In this document: piece by piece, positions 1 through 10,107 of the stretch
Layout of the letters: every line of letters begins with the position of its first letter
Position numbering within the stretch: the stretch's first letter is position 1
From: Phycisphaeraceae bacterium
GTDB taxonomy: Bacteria; Planctomycetota; Phycisphaerae; Phycisphaerales; Phycisphaeraceae
Reading direction: 5' to 3'
Assembly: GCA_963674705.1 (NCBI GenBank)
Contig: OY771506.1
Span: 5,344,001 to 5,408,000 of the forward strand
DNA: 64,000 nucleotides
The notes under the pieces: generated by a model
The model's database searches: none
What the model was told of the DNA's origin: nothing
What the model saw: the letters and a program-made list of their open reading frames with translations, nothing else
Translations under genes and position numbers: made by a program

Positions 1-2
1 CG

Positions 3-584
3 ACACAGGTCGTGCCGGACATCCCGGTGATCTTCATCGATACGGGTTTTCACTTCCTGGATACATACAAATTCGCGGATGAATTAACCGATCGGCTGAA
101 GCTGAACCTGAAGGTGTACCAGGCAAAAACCAGCCCCGCGTGGACGATCGCCAGGCACGGCAAACTCTGGGAGCAAGGCGTCGACGGCCTGAACAAACTC
201 GACCAGATCCACAAGGTCGAGCCGATGGCAAGGGCGCTGGATGAACTTGGCGCGACCGCGACGCTGGCCGGCCTGCGTCGGGGACAGACCGAACACCGAA
301 AGAACCTGCCCACCATCGTCTTCCAGCGCGACCGCTACAAGGTGCATCCGATCCTGACGTGGTCGAACAAGGATATACACGACTACCTGAAAGAACACGA
401 CCTGCCCTACCACCCGCTGCGCGAGCAGGGTTACACATCGATCGGCGACTGGCACAGCACGCTGCCCATCACGGCCGGCATGGACGAACGCGACGGCCGC
501 TTCGGCGGACTCAAACAGGAGTGCGGCCTGCACCTGCCCGAGACCAAGGAAGAGGACGACAGCCGCTTCTCCTCCGGCCTCTAA
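3..584 (+). CDS. cysH: Phosphoadenosine phosphosulfate (PAPS/APS) reductase, 5'-truncated by the window edge
   Basis: [27 protein letters not shown] and C-terminal ECGLH motifs. Confidence 0.92.
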   Translation, partial: TQVVPDIPVIFIDTGFHFLDTYKFADELTDRLKLNLKVYQAKTSPAWTIARHGKLWEQGVDGLNKLDQIHKVEPMARALDELGATATLAGLRRGQTEHRKNLPTIVFQRDRYKVHPILTWSNKDIHDYLKEHDLPYHPLREQGYTSIGDWHSTLPITAGMDERDGRFGGLKQECGLHLPETKEEDDSRFSSGL

Positions 585-825
585 AGCAACCTGCCCCCCC
601 CACACACACGTTTAGCCGCCGCGGCCAAGCGGCGGTCTTCTACCATGAGAAATATTTATCTGCTTGTCACGTCTTGAGTGAGAATCGTTCGAAGGCTTGA
701 GAACTGCCTGATTCTCGCGACTTCCGTGAATTAATGCGCGATCGCTGTAGCCATGTTCGCTAAAATCGCATCGGCTCATCCGCTGTAGCGCCGGATATCT
801 ATCTTCATCACTTGGTGGTCGCATC

Positions 826-2859
826 ATGTTCAAATTCACTCGGTTGTTTGCTTGTCTAGCCATGGCACTTTCTATGACTATCTCAAACCCGCTTGCCACA
901 GCACATTCACACGAACACGGATCGGATACAGCCCACGACTACCCCATCCAGCCCGTACCATTCACACAGGTGAAACTGACAGGCGGGATGTGGCTGGATC
1001 GGCTCAAGACCAACCACGATGTAACCGTCTGGTACGACCTGGACAAGTGCGAGCAAACCAAACGCATCGATAACTTCGCCATCGCCGGCGGATTGATGGA
1101 AGGCGGCTTCACGGGCATACGCTTTAATGACTCGGATGTTATGAAGGTCATCGAAGGCGCTTCATACATACTCTCACAAGAACCCGATCCCAAGCTCGAA
1201 GCAAAACTCGACGAGATCATCGCCAAGATCGCGGCAGCGCAGGAAGACGATGGATACCTCTATACCTGCCGCACGATCAACGACCCCAACTACAAATACC
1301 CGGGCATGGAAGCTCGCTGGTCGAACCTGGCCGTCGGACATGAACTCTACAACGTCGGACACATGTACGAAGCCGCGGTTGCGCACTATCAGGCGACAGG
1401 CAAGCGCACGTTTCTGGATGTGGCGATCAAGAACGCGGACCTCGTCTGTGAGACGTTCGGAGCAGATGAAGGACAGATCATCGACGTGCCCGGGCATCAG
1501 GAAATCGAGATCGGCCTGGCAAAACTGTACCGCGTCACCGGAGACGAGAAGTATCTCAAACAAGCAAAGTTCTTCACGGATATGCGCGGCCGAGCCGACC
1601 TGCGAGAAAAACTGTTCGGCGAGTACAGCCAGGATCACAAACCCGTAGTGAACCAGGATGAAGCGGTCGGCCACGCGGTGCGTGCAGCGTACCTGTACTC
1701 GGCCATGGCGGATATCGCCGCACTGACCGGCGACAAAGCCTACATCGACGCGACGCAGAAAATCTGGGAGAACATCGTATCCAAAAAGATGTACCTCACC
1801 GGCGGGATCGGCTCGCTGCATAAGGGTGAAGCGTTCGGCAAGAACTACGAATTGCCCAACGCGTCGGCCTACAACGAAACCTGTGCCGCGATCGCATACG
1901 GCATGTTCAACCACCGTATGTTCATGCTGCACGGCGACGCCAAATACATCGATGTGCTCGAACGCATCCTCTACAACGGCTTCATCTCCGGCGTGTCGCT
2001 GCAAGGCGATGAATTCTTCTACGCCAACCCCTTGGCATGGGATGGCAAGCGAGCATTCAACATCGACAACAACACCGGCCGCGCCCCCTGGTTCAATTGC
2101 TCCTGCTGCCCGACCAACGTCGTGCGATACATCCCCTCCGTTCCCGGACTGGTGTATGCGGTACAGGACGAGATGATGTTTGTGAACCTCTTCACGACGA
2201 ACGAGGCGCAGATGACCATTGATGGTTCAACGATCACGATCGAGCAAAAGACGGATTACCCATGGGATGGCAAGGTAAAAATCACGGTCAGCTCGGAGCA
2301 GGAAAAGGCGTTTGCTTTAATGGTGCGCATCCCCGGCTGGGCACGAAACGAACCCGTACCCAGCGACCTGTATCGTTTTGCGATTACAGACGATTCTCAA
2401 TGGAAGATCAAGGTCAATGGCAAGCGTGTAAAGGACGCGACGCTTGTGGATGGATACGTCAAGCTGGATCGCAAGTGGGAGTCGGGCGACAAGGTAGAGC
2501 TTGAACTGCCGATGCCGGTAAGATTTGTTAAAGCCAACGAATCGGTCGAGGCCGACCGTGGCCGCATCGCGGTCCAGCGTGGGCCGATCGTCTACTGCTT
2601 CGAGGCGGTGGATAACGATGGCGACGTGGCGGACCTGGTGCTGGACGATTCAGCGAAGCTGAAATCGAAGTACCGCAAAGACCTGCTGCACGGCCTCACC
2701 GTCATCACCGGCAAAGCAAAACGCGCTGTGCGTAAAGATGATGGAACGATCGAACTGGAATCCGTAAAAGTGACCGCCATCCCCTACTACGCCTGGCACC
2801 ACCGCGAGCCCGGCCCGATGCAGGTCTGGATCGCATCGGACATCGCAGTCGCACAATGA
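826..2859 (+). CDS. Secreted GH127-family glycoside hydrolase (beta-L-arabinofuranosidase-like)
   Basis: Signal peptide; HELYNVGH, GHQEIE, GHAVRA, YNETCA and WFNCSCCP motifs; C-terminal beta domains (RGPIVYC, IPYYAW). Confidence 0.9.
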   Translation: MFKFTRLFACLAMALSMTISNPLATAHSHEHGSDTAHDYPIQPVPFTQVKLTGGMWLDRLKTNHDVTVWYDLDKCEQTKRIDNFAIAGGLMEGGFTGIRFNDSDVMKVIEGASYILSQEPDPKLEAKLDEIIAKIAAAQEDDGYLYTCRTINDPNYKYPGMEARWSNLAVGHELYNVGHMYEAAVAHYQATGKRTFLDVAIKNADLVCETFGADEGQIIDVPGHQEIEIGLAKLYRVTGDEKYLKQAKFFTDMRGRADLREKLFGEYSQDHKPVVNQDEAVGHAVRAAYLYSAMADIAALTGDKAYIDATQKIWENIVSKKMYLTGGIGSLHKGEAFGKNYELPNASAYNETCAAIAYGMFNHRMFMLHGDAKYIDVLERILYNGFISGVSLQGDEFFYANPLAWDGKRAFNIDNNTGRAPWFNCSCCPTNVVRYIPSVPGLVYAVQDEMMFVNLFTTNEAQMTIDGSTITIEQKTDYPWDGKVKITVSSEQEKAFALMVRIPGWARNEPVPSDLYRFAITDDSQWKIKVNGKRVKDATLVDGYVKLDRKWESGDKVELELPMPVRFVKANESVEADRGRIAVQRGPIVYCFEAVDNDGDVADLVLDDSAKLKSKYRKDLLHGLTVITGKAKRAVRKDDGTIELESVKVTAIPYYAWHHREPGPMQVWIASDIAVAQ

Positions 2860-2903
2860 CAAGTCAACGCGCGTGCTGGAGTGGGTAGCGGAAAAATATC
2901 CAC

Positions 2904-2948
2904 CGCGGAGGGCGCAGAGAAAGACGATAGGGTCGGAATCGCGCGTTT
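2904..2948. repeat. REP-like repeat, family A (copies at 3579-3623 and, inverted, within 4102-4178)
   Basis: cgcggagggcgcagagaaagacgatagggtcggaatcgcgcgttt matches 3579-3623 at 38/45 positions by eye. Confidence 0.7.
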
Positions 2949-2956
2949 CGCAGCAA

Positions 2957-3331
2957 CTAGGTCTTTGCCCCCAGCAGCCCAACCTTGATGCCGTGTTCAC
3001 GGAGAGTGCTGGTCGCCTTGGCGTTAACGATTAATAACACGAGCAATCCGAGAAGCGGGATGAGAGTCAGGATACCAAGCACGATACCCAGCCCTGTCCC
3101 ATAGAGTTTCGTGGCCAGCAGGAAAACGAAAACAGTCGCAACAACGATAACCACAAGAACGCCAAGCCCAAGGAACAACCGAAGCTCAGGCGGCAATGCG
3201 AACTGCGCCACGACGGCAACCAGGTAGATCAATATGCATATAAGCACAGCTTTTTGACGCATAGCGATCTCTCGAATATTCAACTGTTCGACCGAAACAC
3301 GTGCGTCGTTACCTGCCGGATCTTGTGACAT
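2957..3331 (-). CDS. Small hypothetical membrane protein (about 3 TM helices)
   Basis: ATG at 3331 preceded by GGAG; long hydrophobic stretches. Confidence 0.7.
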   Translation of the reverse strand: MSQDPAGNDARVSVEQLNIREIAMRQKAVLICILIYLVAVVAQFALPPELRLFLGLGVLVVIVVATVFVFLLATKLYGTGLGIVLGILTLIPLLGLLVLLIVNAKATSTLREHGIKVGLLGAKT

Positions 3332-3497
3332 GTGGTGGCTCCCAAATCTGGACGGATTCACTGAACTTACCCATTTGATCGGGTTGGACCGCACAACATG
3401 CTTAAATATTAGTCTTCCCGCGCGTTTCTTCTCAGCAGATTCAACCCTGTCCTCAACTGGGTGTCACACTTTCACAAAAAGTGTAATGTACGTCACT

Positions 3498-3640
3498 CAC
3501 CCGTTTAGCGCACGAGCTTGCTCGCCCATCGCGGAGCAAGGCTAGAGTGGGCGATGGAATAATTTTCACAGCAGAGGACGCGGAGAGCGCAAAGAAAGAC
3601 GATTGGGTCGAAATCACACATTTAGCCGCGGAGCTTGCTC
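3498..3640. repeat. Composite REP-like repeats (family B 3498-3540; family A 3565-3640)
   Basis: 3498-3540 is a direct repeat of 4066-4108 (2 mismatches in 43 bp); 3603-3640 is a perfect 38-bp inverted repeat of 4102-4139. Confidence 0.85.
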
Positions 3641-3685
3641 TTCGCTGGTTATGCTCTGAGCAAAATGTGGCGCCCCGGCCATGAG

Positions 3686-3988
3686 TTACGAGATATCGCT
3701 ACTTCTTTTTTTCTTACACACGAATTGATCAACAAAGTTCAATACCGCATTGAGTACTATCAATAATGTGAGAACCAAAATCACCATTGAGTAGTTGGCA
3801 TACGCTTTGTCTTTTGCAGTATCAATAAGCGTGCCCATTAACTTTATCACTTCATCATGCGTGTACGTATCTTGAGTAACATAGCCCGGCCAATACCATT
3901 TGACTGTTTGAAATAGTTGCGTACTGCTCCAGAATAAAACAACCACGATCACGGAACATACATTCGCCGTCAGAATGATCCACTTCAT
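3686..3988 (-). CDS. Small AT-rich hypothetical membrane protein (2 TM helices)
   Basis: 100-aa ORF with two hydrophobic segments, bracketed by repeats. Confidence 0.6.
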   Translation of the reverse strand: MKWIILTANVCSVIVVVLFWSSTQLFQTVKWYWPGYVTQDTYTHDEVIKLMGTLIDTAKDKAYANYSMVILVLTLLIVLNAVLNFVDQFVCKKKRSSDIS

Positions 3989-4065
3989 ACGAATCTCACT
4001 TTACTACTTTTCGTTTCCCCGCAAACGCACACCACACCGTGTCTCAAGACACAAAATGTACCATC

Positions 4066-4178
4066 CACCCGTTTAGCGGGCGAGCTTGCTCGCCCATCGC
4101 GGAGCAAGCTCCGCGGCTAAATGTGTGATTTCGACCCAACCGTCTTTCTCCGAGTCCTCCGCGACCTCTGCGGTTGAA
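4066..4178. repeat. Composite REP-like repeat (family B plus inverted family A)
   Basis: Internal hairpins ggcgagcttgctcgcc and gcggagcaagctccgc; matches the 3498-3640 repeats. Confidence 0.85.
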
Positions 4179-7118
4179 TTACTGTTCGCTTCTCCGCAAC
4201 GGAATCATCCCCGTCCTCAACTTAAGCGCTTCGACCCGCCCCGTATCGCGATACCACTTGAACGCACTCGATCGGGCCGGAGTAGGTTCGCCCTTGGCCC
4301 GGTACTCGACGAAGCCCGGCTCGTCGGACCAGAGGATGATTTCGCCCTTCGTTTCCTGGTAGAGCATGTGATCGCAGGTCACGCTGATGTCGGCGGTGCG
4401 GATGACGATGCCGCCATCGGCCCAGACGCGGTCGAGTTCGGGTTGCGGTGCATCCTCTGACAGCCAACCGCCCTGCTTCTTCTTACTCGACACGCTGTCG
4501 TCGGCAGGCCGAAGTTCGGCGGCAAGGTCGTGGCAATAAAGTTCGACGCGATCCCCGCTCTCCGGTTGATGCACCATCGCGACGTTGCCTTTCATCAGCA
4601 TCTCGCCTTGCGTAAGATCAAGGAGCAGGCTGTCGGTCCACTGAAAAGCGGTCAGGCCGCTGCCGCTCATCGCAATCGCGTTGGCGTTTCCGGCCGAAGT
4701 ATCAGATTCATCTTTGGGACGCTTGTCTGTAATCAACATCCGTCCCGCGCCGAGGATGTCCACTTTCTTGGCTACCTGCCCGCTTGCCGAATCAGACACC
4801 TCACCCGGATCGGTGAAGATCATCTTGTCCGCATCCGTCATGTAAAGTTCGGTGAGCAGTTGTTCCTGCTTGAGCTGATTGGTCGCATAGCTGCGAGCGC
4901 GGTAGCGGACGTTGCCGTCCATCACCGCCTCGGCAAGTCGTCGGCCGGTTGTGGGATCGTTGGGATCGGCGTTGGTTGTATCCACGGACGTATCCTCGAC
5001 GAAGGTCAGAACCAGTTCGTTACCCATCAGCTCGTTCGTATCCGTGCCATCGATGGCCTTCGTTTTGACATCACCCACAAAACGCGCGACGCCGGCCATG
5101 TCGTCGTAGCGCATTTGCTTGGTCCACGTCACGTAGACCGTTTTGCCGGGATCATCCGGATCGGGCTGGAAAGTGAACGACCCGGGCCCCGGCACATCCA
5201 CCGTACCTGCCCGGTCATCCATGACCATGTGTTCAGCGGCGAGTGTGGCGTCGGGGTGGATAACCGTAGCGAGTTTGTCATCCGTGCCGAACAGTTCGAG
5301 TTGATCCTTCGCGGGGAACGCCAGCAGCTTCTCTGCCTTGATCCGGATATCTTCCTTCTTGACATAAGCATTGATGGAGCCGGTTGCGGTCAGCAATTCA
5401 ACCGCCAGCTTGTCGTCCCCCTCCGGCACATCTTCGCGCAGTGCAAGCGTAAGACGGTCGGTTGACATATCCAGTTCGTCATATTTAACCTGAACCTCGC
5501 CGATAAAGTCCGCAGACTTCACCCCCTTGATCGAGCTGTCTTTGACAGGTTCTTTGTTCCCGCTTGAGGAAGTGCCGTCTTGCTCAAGGTAGAACGCCAG
5601 ATCCAATTGATCCATAAAGGAGATGGATAGTGGCTTGGTCTTGGTTTTATCATCTTCATCACGGATAAGCCCCGTCAGCGTCCCGGGGCCGACGGCTTTA
5701 CCCGTGCCTTGCGCCTGATCGACATCGAGCTTAAGCACTGAAAGCGAACCGAGGTCGGTCGCTTCAAGGATGACGGGCGAATCGCTGGTCCCGACCGCCT
5801 GCATGATCGATCGCTTACTCAGGAAAGAGACCTTAGGCGCCTTAAAACTTTCCTGTTTATCGGTAAGGATTTTTACGGGGTTTCCCGTAACCGTGACCAG
5901 GACATCATCCGTACCCGCAACTTCTTCAGGTAAGTTGTCCTTCGTCAGCGGCAACACCGTCAGCCGGCCGGACCACCTGATAACAACGTCATCATCCGTG
6001 AAAGTCGCAAGCGATCGTGGATCGACATCGGGGAACTGCCCGATACTCACTGCCAGTGCGTAAGCCAGCGCCGCGTTCAATGTATCGCTCGACGCCGAGG
6101 CCAACGAAGTATCTGCCCGACGATTGTTGACCCGTCGAGATGCGGCCGGTTCACCCCCCTGCTGCTCGCTCTCGGCATCGATTTCCTCAGCGGTCTTGGT
6201 GCTGAAGATCGCGGAGAGGTTGTCGCCTTGCACGATGTATTGATCCAGCCCGACACGCACTTCATCGAGTTGTTCAAACGTAGCGTGGTAATACTGGATC
6301 GGCTGTTTCGGTTCGTCCCGATCGGCTGCGGCTTCCACAGACTCACTGTTATCAGCAGCCGAAGGTTTATCGTTTTGAGGTACTAATCGTTCTGGCCGTG
6401 ACTTATGCACCGGCTTGACGTTCCGGGTAGCGTCGTTGTCATTGTCTTCGGTGAAGGCGGGCGGCTCGGGGATGTATCGCAGTGACTCGCCCTGCTCGAT
6501 GACGAGCCGTTCGATGCGCTGGCGTAGCTGGTTGTAGTTCATACTCAATCCCCGGCCGTGGAACTGAACCTGCGGCCCCGTGAGGAAGATGGGGCCAATG
6601 CTGTCGATCTGCTGAAGCTCCAGGTCGAACTCGACCGGGTCGTCGAAGTACATCCGGATGGCGACGTCACGGTCGCTGCTGGTGTCGACCGGCGAGCCGT
6701 CGGGCGATTCGTAGAGCGTGACAATGACGTTGCCTCGCATCTCGCCCTCCTGGGGGTGCTGATCCGGCGCAACAATCGTGCCCTCGTCCGCCTCGATCGT
6801 CAGTTCCCGGCCGGCGGCGAGCTGGATCTGGATCGTCGTGTCGATCGCGTCGATTTCGCCCTCGTTGCGGGGGACGATCCGGTTGGCATAGAAAAGGATG
6901 CGTTTGCCGTCCTCGTTGACCTCGTAAATGATGTTCTCAGCTTCGCCGAGAAGCATCTGCTCGTTGACGTCCGGGCCGGGGACGTAGAGCTGTACATCCG
7001 CGGGATCGACCTGCGACTGTTCTTCCGTAAATCCCGGCCCACCGATCAGGACGGTCAGAATCAGGACCAGAGCTGCCACGGTGAACGCGGCCCCGAGCAT
7101 GAGTGCTTTGTTAGGCAT
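4179..7118 (-). CDS. Large membrane-anchored protein with LptC-like N-terminal region and several OstA/LptA-like beta-jellyroll segments
   Basis: One N-terminal TM helix; LptC-like segment (IEADEGTI..GEMRGNVIV..FHGRGLSMN); recurring A-x-G-x-V / L-x-A/C-D-x-L beta patterns; lptB occurs elsewhere in the window. Confidence 0.55.
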   Translation of the reverse strand: MPNKALMLGAAFTVAALVLILTVLIGGPGFTEEQSQVDPADVQLYVPGPDVNEQMLLGEAENIIYEVNEDGKRILFYANRIVPRNEGEIDAIDTTIQIQLAAGRELTIEADEGTIVAPDQHPQEGEMRGNVIVTLYESPDGSPVDTSSDRDVAIRMYFDDPVEFDLELQQIDSIGPIFLTGPQVQFHGRGLSMNYNQLRQRIERLVIEQGESLRYIPEPPAFTEDNDNDATRNVKPVHKSRPERLVPQNDKPSAADNSESVEAAADRDEPKQPIQYYHATFEQLDEVRVGLDQYIVQGDNLSAIFSTKTAEEIDAESEQQGGEPAASRRVNNRRADTSLASASSDTLNAALAYALAVSIGQFPDVDPRSLATFTDDDVVIRWSGRLTVLPLTKDNLPEEVAGTDDVLVTVTGNPVKILTDKQESFKAPKVSFLSKRSIMQAVGTSDSPVILEATDLGSLSVLKLDVDQAQGTGKAVGPGTLTGLIRDEDDKTKTKPLSISFMDQLDLAFYLEQDGTSSSGNKEPVKDSSIKGVKSADFIGEVQVKYDELDMSTDRLTLALREDVPEGDDKLAVELLTATGSINAYVKKEDIRIKAEKLLAFPAKDQLELFGTDDKLATVIHPDATLAAEHMVMDDRAGTVDVPGPGSFTFQPDPDDPGKTVYVTWTKQMRYDDMAGVARFVGDVKTKAIDGTDTNELMGNELVLTFVEDTSVDTTNADPNDPTTGRRLAEAVMDGNVRYRARSYATNQLKQEQLLTELYMTDADKMIFTDPGEVSDSASGQVAKKVDILGAGRMLITDKRPKDESDTSAGNANAIAMSGSGLTAFQWTDSLLLDLTQGEMLMKGNVAMVHQPESGDRVELYCHDLAAELRPADDSVSSKKKQGGWLSEDAPQPELDRVWADGGIVIRTADISVTCDHMLYQETKGEIILWSDEPGFVEYRAKGEPTPARSSAFKWYRDTGRVEALKLRTGMIPLRRSEQ

Positions 7119-7250
7119 ATGGGTAGTTTCAAGCCCAGCCGACCCTGATGCAAATACGGCTGCGATAGCCCCGAGGGGCTGTGTCCGTTATGATCGCATT
7201 GTAGTCACCCCCACCCCCTAAATCCTGAGCCCGAAGGAGCGGATTCGACC

Positions 7251-8633
7251 ATGATTGGCAAGATATTCAAAGCTTACGACGTCCGAGCGACCTACCCCGA
7301 GCCCCTCAACGAGGATGCCGGGTGGAAAGTTGGCTACGCGGTCGGTGAGTTTTTCAAGAAAGGTAACGCCGGCAAGCCCGGGACCGTCCTCGTCAGCCGG
7401 GACCACCGCCCCAGCGCCCCGTCCATGGCCAAGGCCCTGATCGCCGGCCTCCGCGCCGCCGAGATGGACGTCATCGACCTCGGGCAGGCGGATACCTCGT
7501 TCATGTACTTCGCCATCCCATATGTCAAGGGCGCTCTGGGCGGCGTGCAGACGACCGCCAGCCATAACCCGATCAACTACATCGGCTTCAAGATCTCCGG
7601 CCCCGGCGCCAAGCCGATCGGCGCAGATTCGGGTCTGAAGGATATTCAGGCTATCGCCGAATCGATCGATTCCACAGACAAGCCCGCCGTGGGCAAGCTG
7701 GAAGAGCAAAACCTCTGGGCGGAGTACCGCAAGCACGTGCTCGACTTCCTCTCCCCATTGAAAAAGCCCATCAAGGTCTACATCGACGCCTGCAACGGCA
7801 TGGCGACCAAACTCATCCCTGAGGTGTACGGCGAAGTCGATAACCTCGAGATCATCAAGGAGAACTTCGAGTTCACCGACAAATGGGTCCACGAACCCAA
7901 CCCGCTTGTCGCCGAGAACATGAAGCCGACGCAGCAAGGCGTGGTGCGTGAAGGCGCGGCCCTGGGCGCGTGCTTCGATGGCGATGCCGACCGCTGCATG
8001 ATTACGGACGAGAAAGGCCAGATCATCGGCTGCGACCACCTCACCGCCCTGCTCTGCGACCACTTCCTCAAGCAGCAGCCCGGTTCGAGTGTGGTCTACG
8101 ACCTGCGTTCAAGCAAGGTTGTCGAGCAGACCATCAAAGCCCTCGGCGGCAAGCCAGCACGCAGCAAGGTCGGGCACGTTAACATGAAAGCCCTGCTCCG
8201 CGAGACCGACGGCATCTTCGGCGGCGAACTGTCCGGCCACTTCTACTTCAAGCACAACAGCTTCGCCGACTCGGGCGCGATCGCGTTCGCCGCGGTGCTT
8301 AGCGTGCTCAATGAAAGCGACAAGCCGATCAGCGAATTGATCGCACCTTACAAGAAGTACCCGCAGTCGGGTGAGATCAACTTCGAGGCCGAGGATAAGG
8401 CCGGCATCATGGCATCGCTCAAAGAAACCTACAAAGCCGACGCACAATTGATCGACGACCTCGACGGCGTCACCATCGACTGCTTCGACAGCAAGGGCTT
8501 CTGGTTCAACGTCCGTGCAAGCAACACCGAACCGCTGCTGCGCCTCAACGCCGAAGCCAAGGACGATGCGACGCTTGGCGCCCTGCTCAAGGAACTCAAG
8601 CCCAAGTTAGGCAAGGTCGCTGAAGGACATTGA
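7251..8633 (+). CDS. Phosphomannomutase/phosphoglucomutase
   Basis: IFKAYDVR, TASHNP, FDGDADR, GGELSGH and VRASNTEP motifs. Confidence 0.95.
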   Translation: MIGKIFKAYDVRATYPEPLNEDAGWKVGYAVGEFFKKGNAGKPGTVLVSRDHRPSAPSMAKALIAGLRAAEMDVIDLGQADTSFMYFAIPYVKGALGGVQTTASHNPINYIGFKISGPGAKPIGADSGLKDIQAIAESIDSTDKPAVGKLEEQNLWAEYRKHVLDFLSPLKKPIKVYIDACNGMATKLIPEVYGEVDNLEIIKENFEFTDKWVHEPNPLVAENMKPTQQGVVREGAALGACFDGDADRCMITDEKGQIIGCDHLTALLCDHFLKQQPGSSVVYDLRSSKVVEQTIKALGGKPARSKVGHVNMKALLRETDGIFGGELSGHFYFKHNSFADSGAIAFAAVLSVLNESDKPISELIAPYKKYPQSGEINFEAEDKAGIMASLKETYKADAQLIDDLDGVTIDCFDSKGFWFNVRASNTEPLLRLNAEAKDDATLGALLKELKPKLGKVAEGH

Positions 8634-8704
8634 TCGAGGCGCGAAACCACAAACCGTCGATAACCTGACCGCTGAATACCATTAACTCCAACCCGGGAGG
8701 CAGT

Positions 8705-10072
8705 ATGGCCAACGATTCCGAACCTATCCGTGATCTATTGGAAGCGTTGCAGCAGTCGCCTGACAATATTGTCCTGCGCGCTCACGTCGGCGGCGTGTTG
8801 TTGAACCGAGGCCAACTCCAGGAAGCTGAACAGCTTTACCGTGAAGGATTGAAGCTGGCTCCCGCAAGCGAGAAGCTGTTACTCGGGCTCGGTAAGACGT
8901 TAAGCCAACAGGGCAAAGTCTCCGCGGCGATCGTGCTGATCGAAGACCTGCTGAGCCGGCCGGACGTATCCGCTCAAGCACACCTGCTGCATGCAAGATT
9001 ACTGCTGAAGTCGGGTGATCCACAACGTGGATCGGTGGCATATCAACGCGCCGTTAATGCCGACCCGAGCCTGGCGGATGAAGACCTGGCCGAAGCGCTG
9101 GGTGTGGTTGAAGCCGAAGCAGAATTTGATGACGACTTTGCCGAAGTCGACAGCGAGGGTCGTATCCGCATGCGTGCCGAGGCGCCGGGGGCCGCGATGG
9201 TGTCCATCGAGATGGAAAAGCCCGACATGAGCTTCGCCGACGTCGGCGGGATGGATGGCCTGAAAGACGAGGTGCGCATCAAGCTCATCGAGCCGATGCG
9301 TAACCCGGAGATCTACAAAGCCTACGGCAAGTCGATCGGCGGTGGTTTGCTGATGTACGGCCCGCCCGGCTGCGGCAAGACATACCTCGCGCGGGCGACG
9401 GCCGGCGAAGTCGATGCCGGTTTCATCGCGGTGGGCATTCACGACGTGCTGGATATGTACCTGGGCAATAGCGAGTCGAAGCTGCACGCGTTGTTCGAAT
9501 ACGCACGATCCAACACGCCCTGTGTTCTGTTTTTTGATGAAGTGGATGCGCTTGGCGCAAAACGCTCGGACCTGCAAGGCTCAGCCGGCCGACAGGTGAT
9601 CAACCAGTTCCTGTCTGAATTGGATGGCGTGAAAAGTTCCAACGACGGTGTGCTGGTTCTGGCAGCGACGAATGCACCGTGGCACCTGGATTCAGCATTC
9701 CGCAGACCCGGACGGTTCGATCGCGTATTGTTCGTACCGCCCCCGGATCAGCCGGCGCGGGCGGAGGTTTTACGGGCGCTACTGAAAGGCAAACCGCAAC
9801 AGGACATCGATGTCGATGCGGTCGCCAGGAAAACCCCTGGCCTGTCCGGTGCGGACCTCAAGGCTGTGATCGACCGGGCGGTGGAAGCGAAGCTGCGTGA
9901 AGCGGTCAAGACCGGCGTACCCGGCCCACTTACCACCAAGGACCTGGTCAAGAGCGCCAAGACAACCAAACCGACAACGAAAGAATGGTTCGCCACCGCG
10001 AAAAACTACGCGTTGTACTCGAACCAGGGCGGCGAGTACGACGACGTACTGGACTATTTGAAGCTGAAGTGA
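8705..10072 (+). CDS. AAA+ ATPase with N-terminal TPR repeats
   Basis: N-terminal TPR-like helices; Walker A GPPGCGKT, Walker B FFDE, SRH ATNAPWHLDSAFRRPGRFDR. Confidence 0.9.
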   Translation: MANDSEPIRDLLEALQQSPDNIVLRAHVGGVLLNRGQLQEAEQLYREGLKLAPASEKLLLGLGKTLSQQGKVSAAIVLIEDLLSRPDVSAQAHLLHARLLLKSGDPQRGSVAYQRAVNADPSLADEDLAEALGVVEAEAEFDDDFAEVDSEGRIRMRAEAPGAAMVSIEMEKPDMSFADVGGMDGLKDEVRIKLIEPMRNPEIYKAYGKSIGGGLLMYGPPGCGKTYLARATAGEVDAGFIAVGIHDVLDMYLGNSESKLHALFEYARSNTPCVLFFDEVDALGAKRSDLQGSAGRQVINQFLSELDGVKSSNDGVLVLAATNAPWHLDSAFRRPGRFDRVLFVPPPDQPARAEVLRALLKGKPQQDIDVDAVARKTPGLSGADLKAVIDRAVEAKLREAVKTGVPGPLTTKDLVKSAKTTKPTTKEWFATAKNYALYSNQGGEYDDVLDYLKLK

Positions 10073-10107
10073 GGCTGCGTGCCTGATTCACCGAGGGAGT
10101 TGATTCG

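Noticed and set aside
2900..4178. Classical integron cassette array
   Set aside because: No integron integrase and no clear RYYYAAC/GTTRRRY attC ends; kept only as a cassette-like repeat structure.
4530..5465. 311-aa + strand ORF
   Set aside because: Antisense shadow of the 979-aa gene with no motifs.
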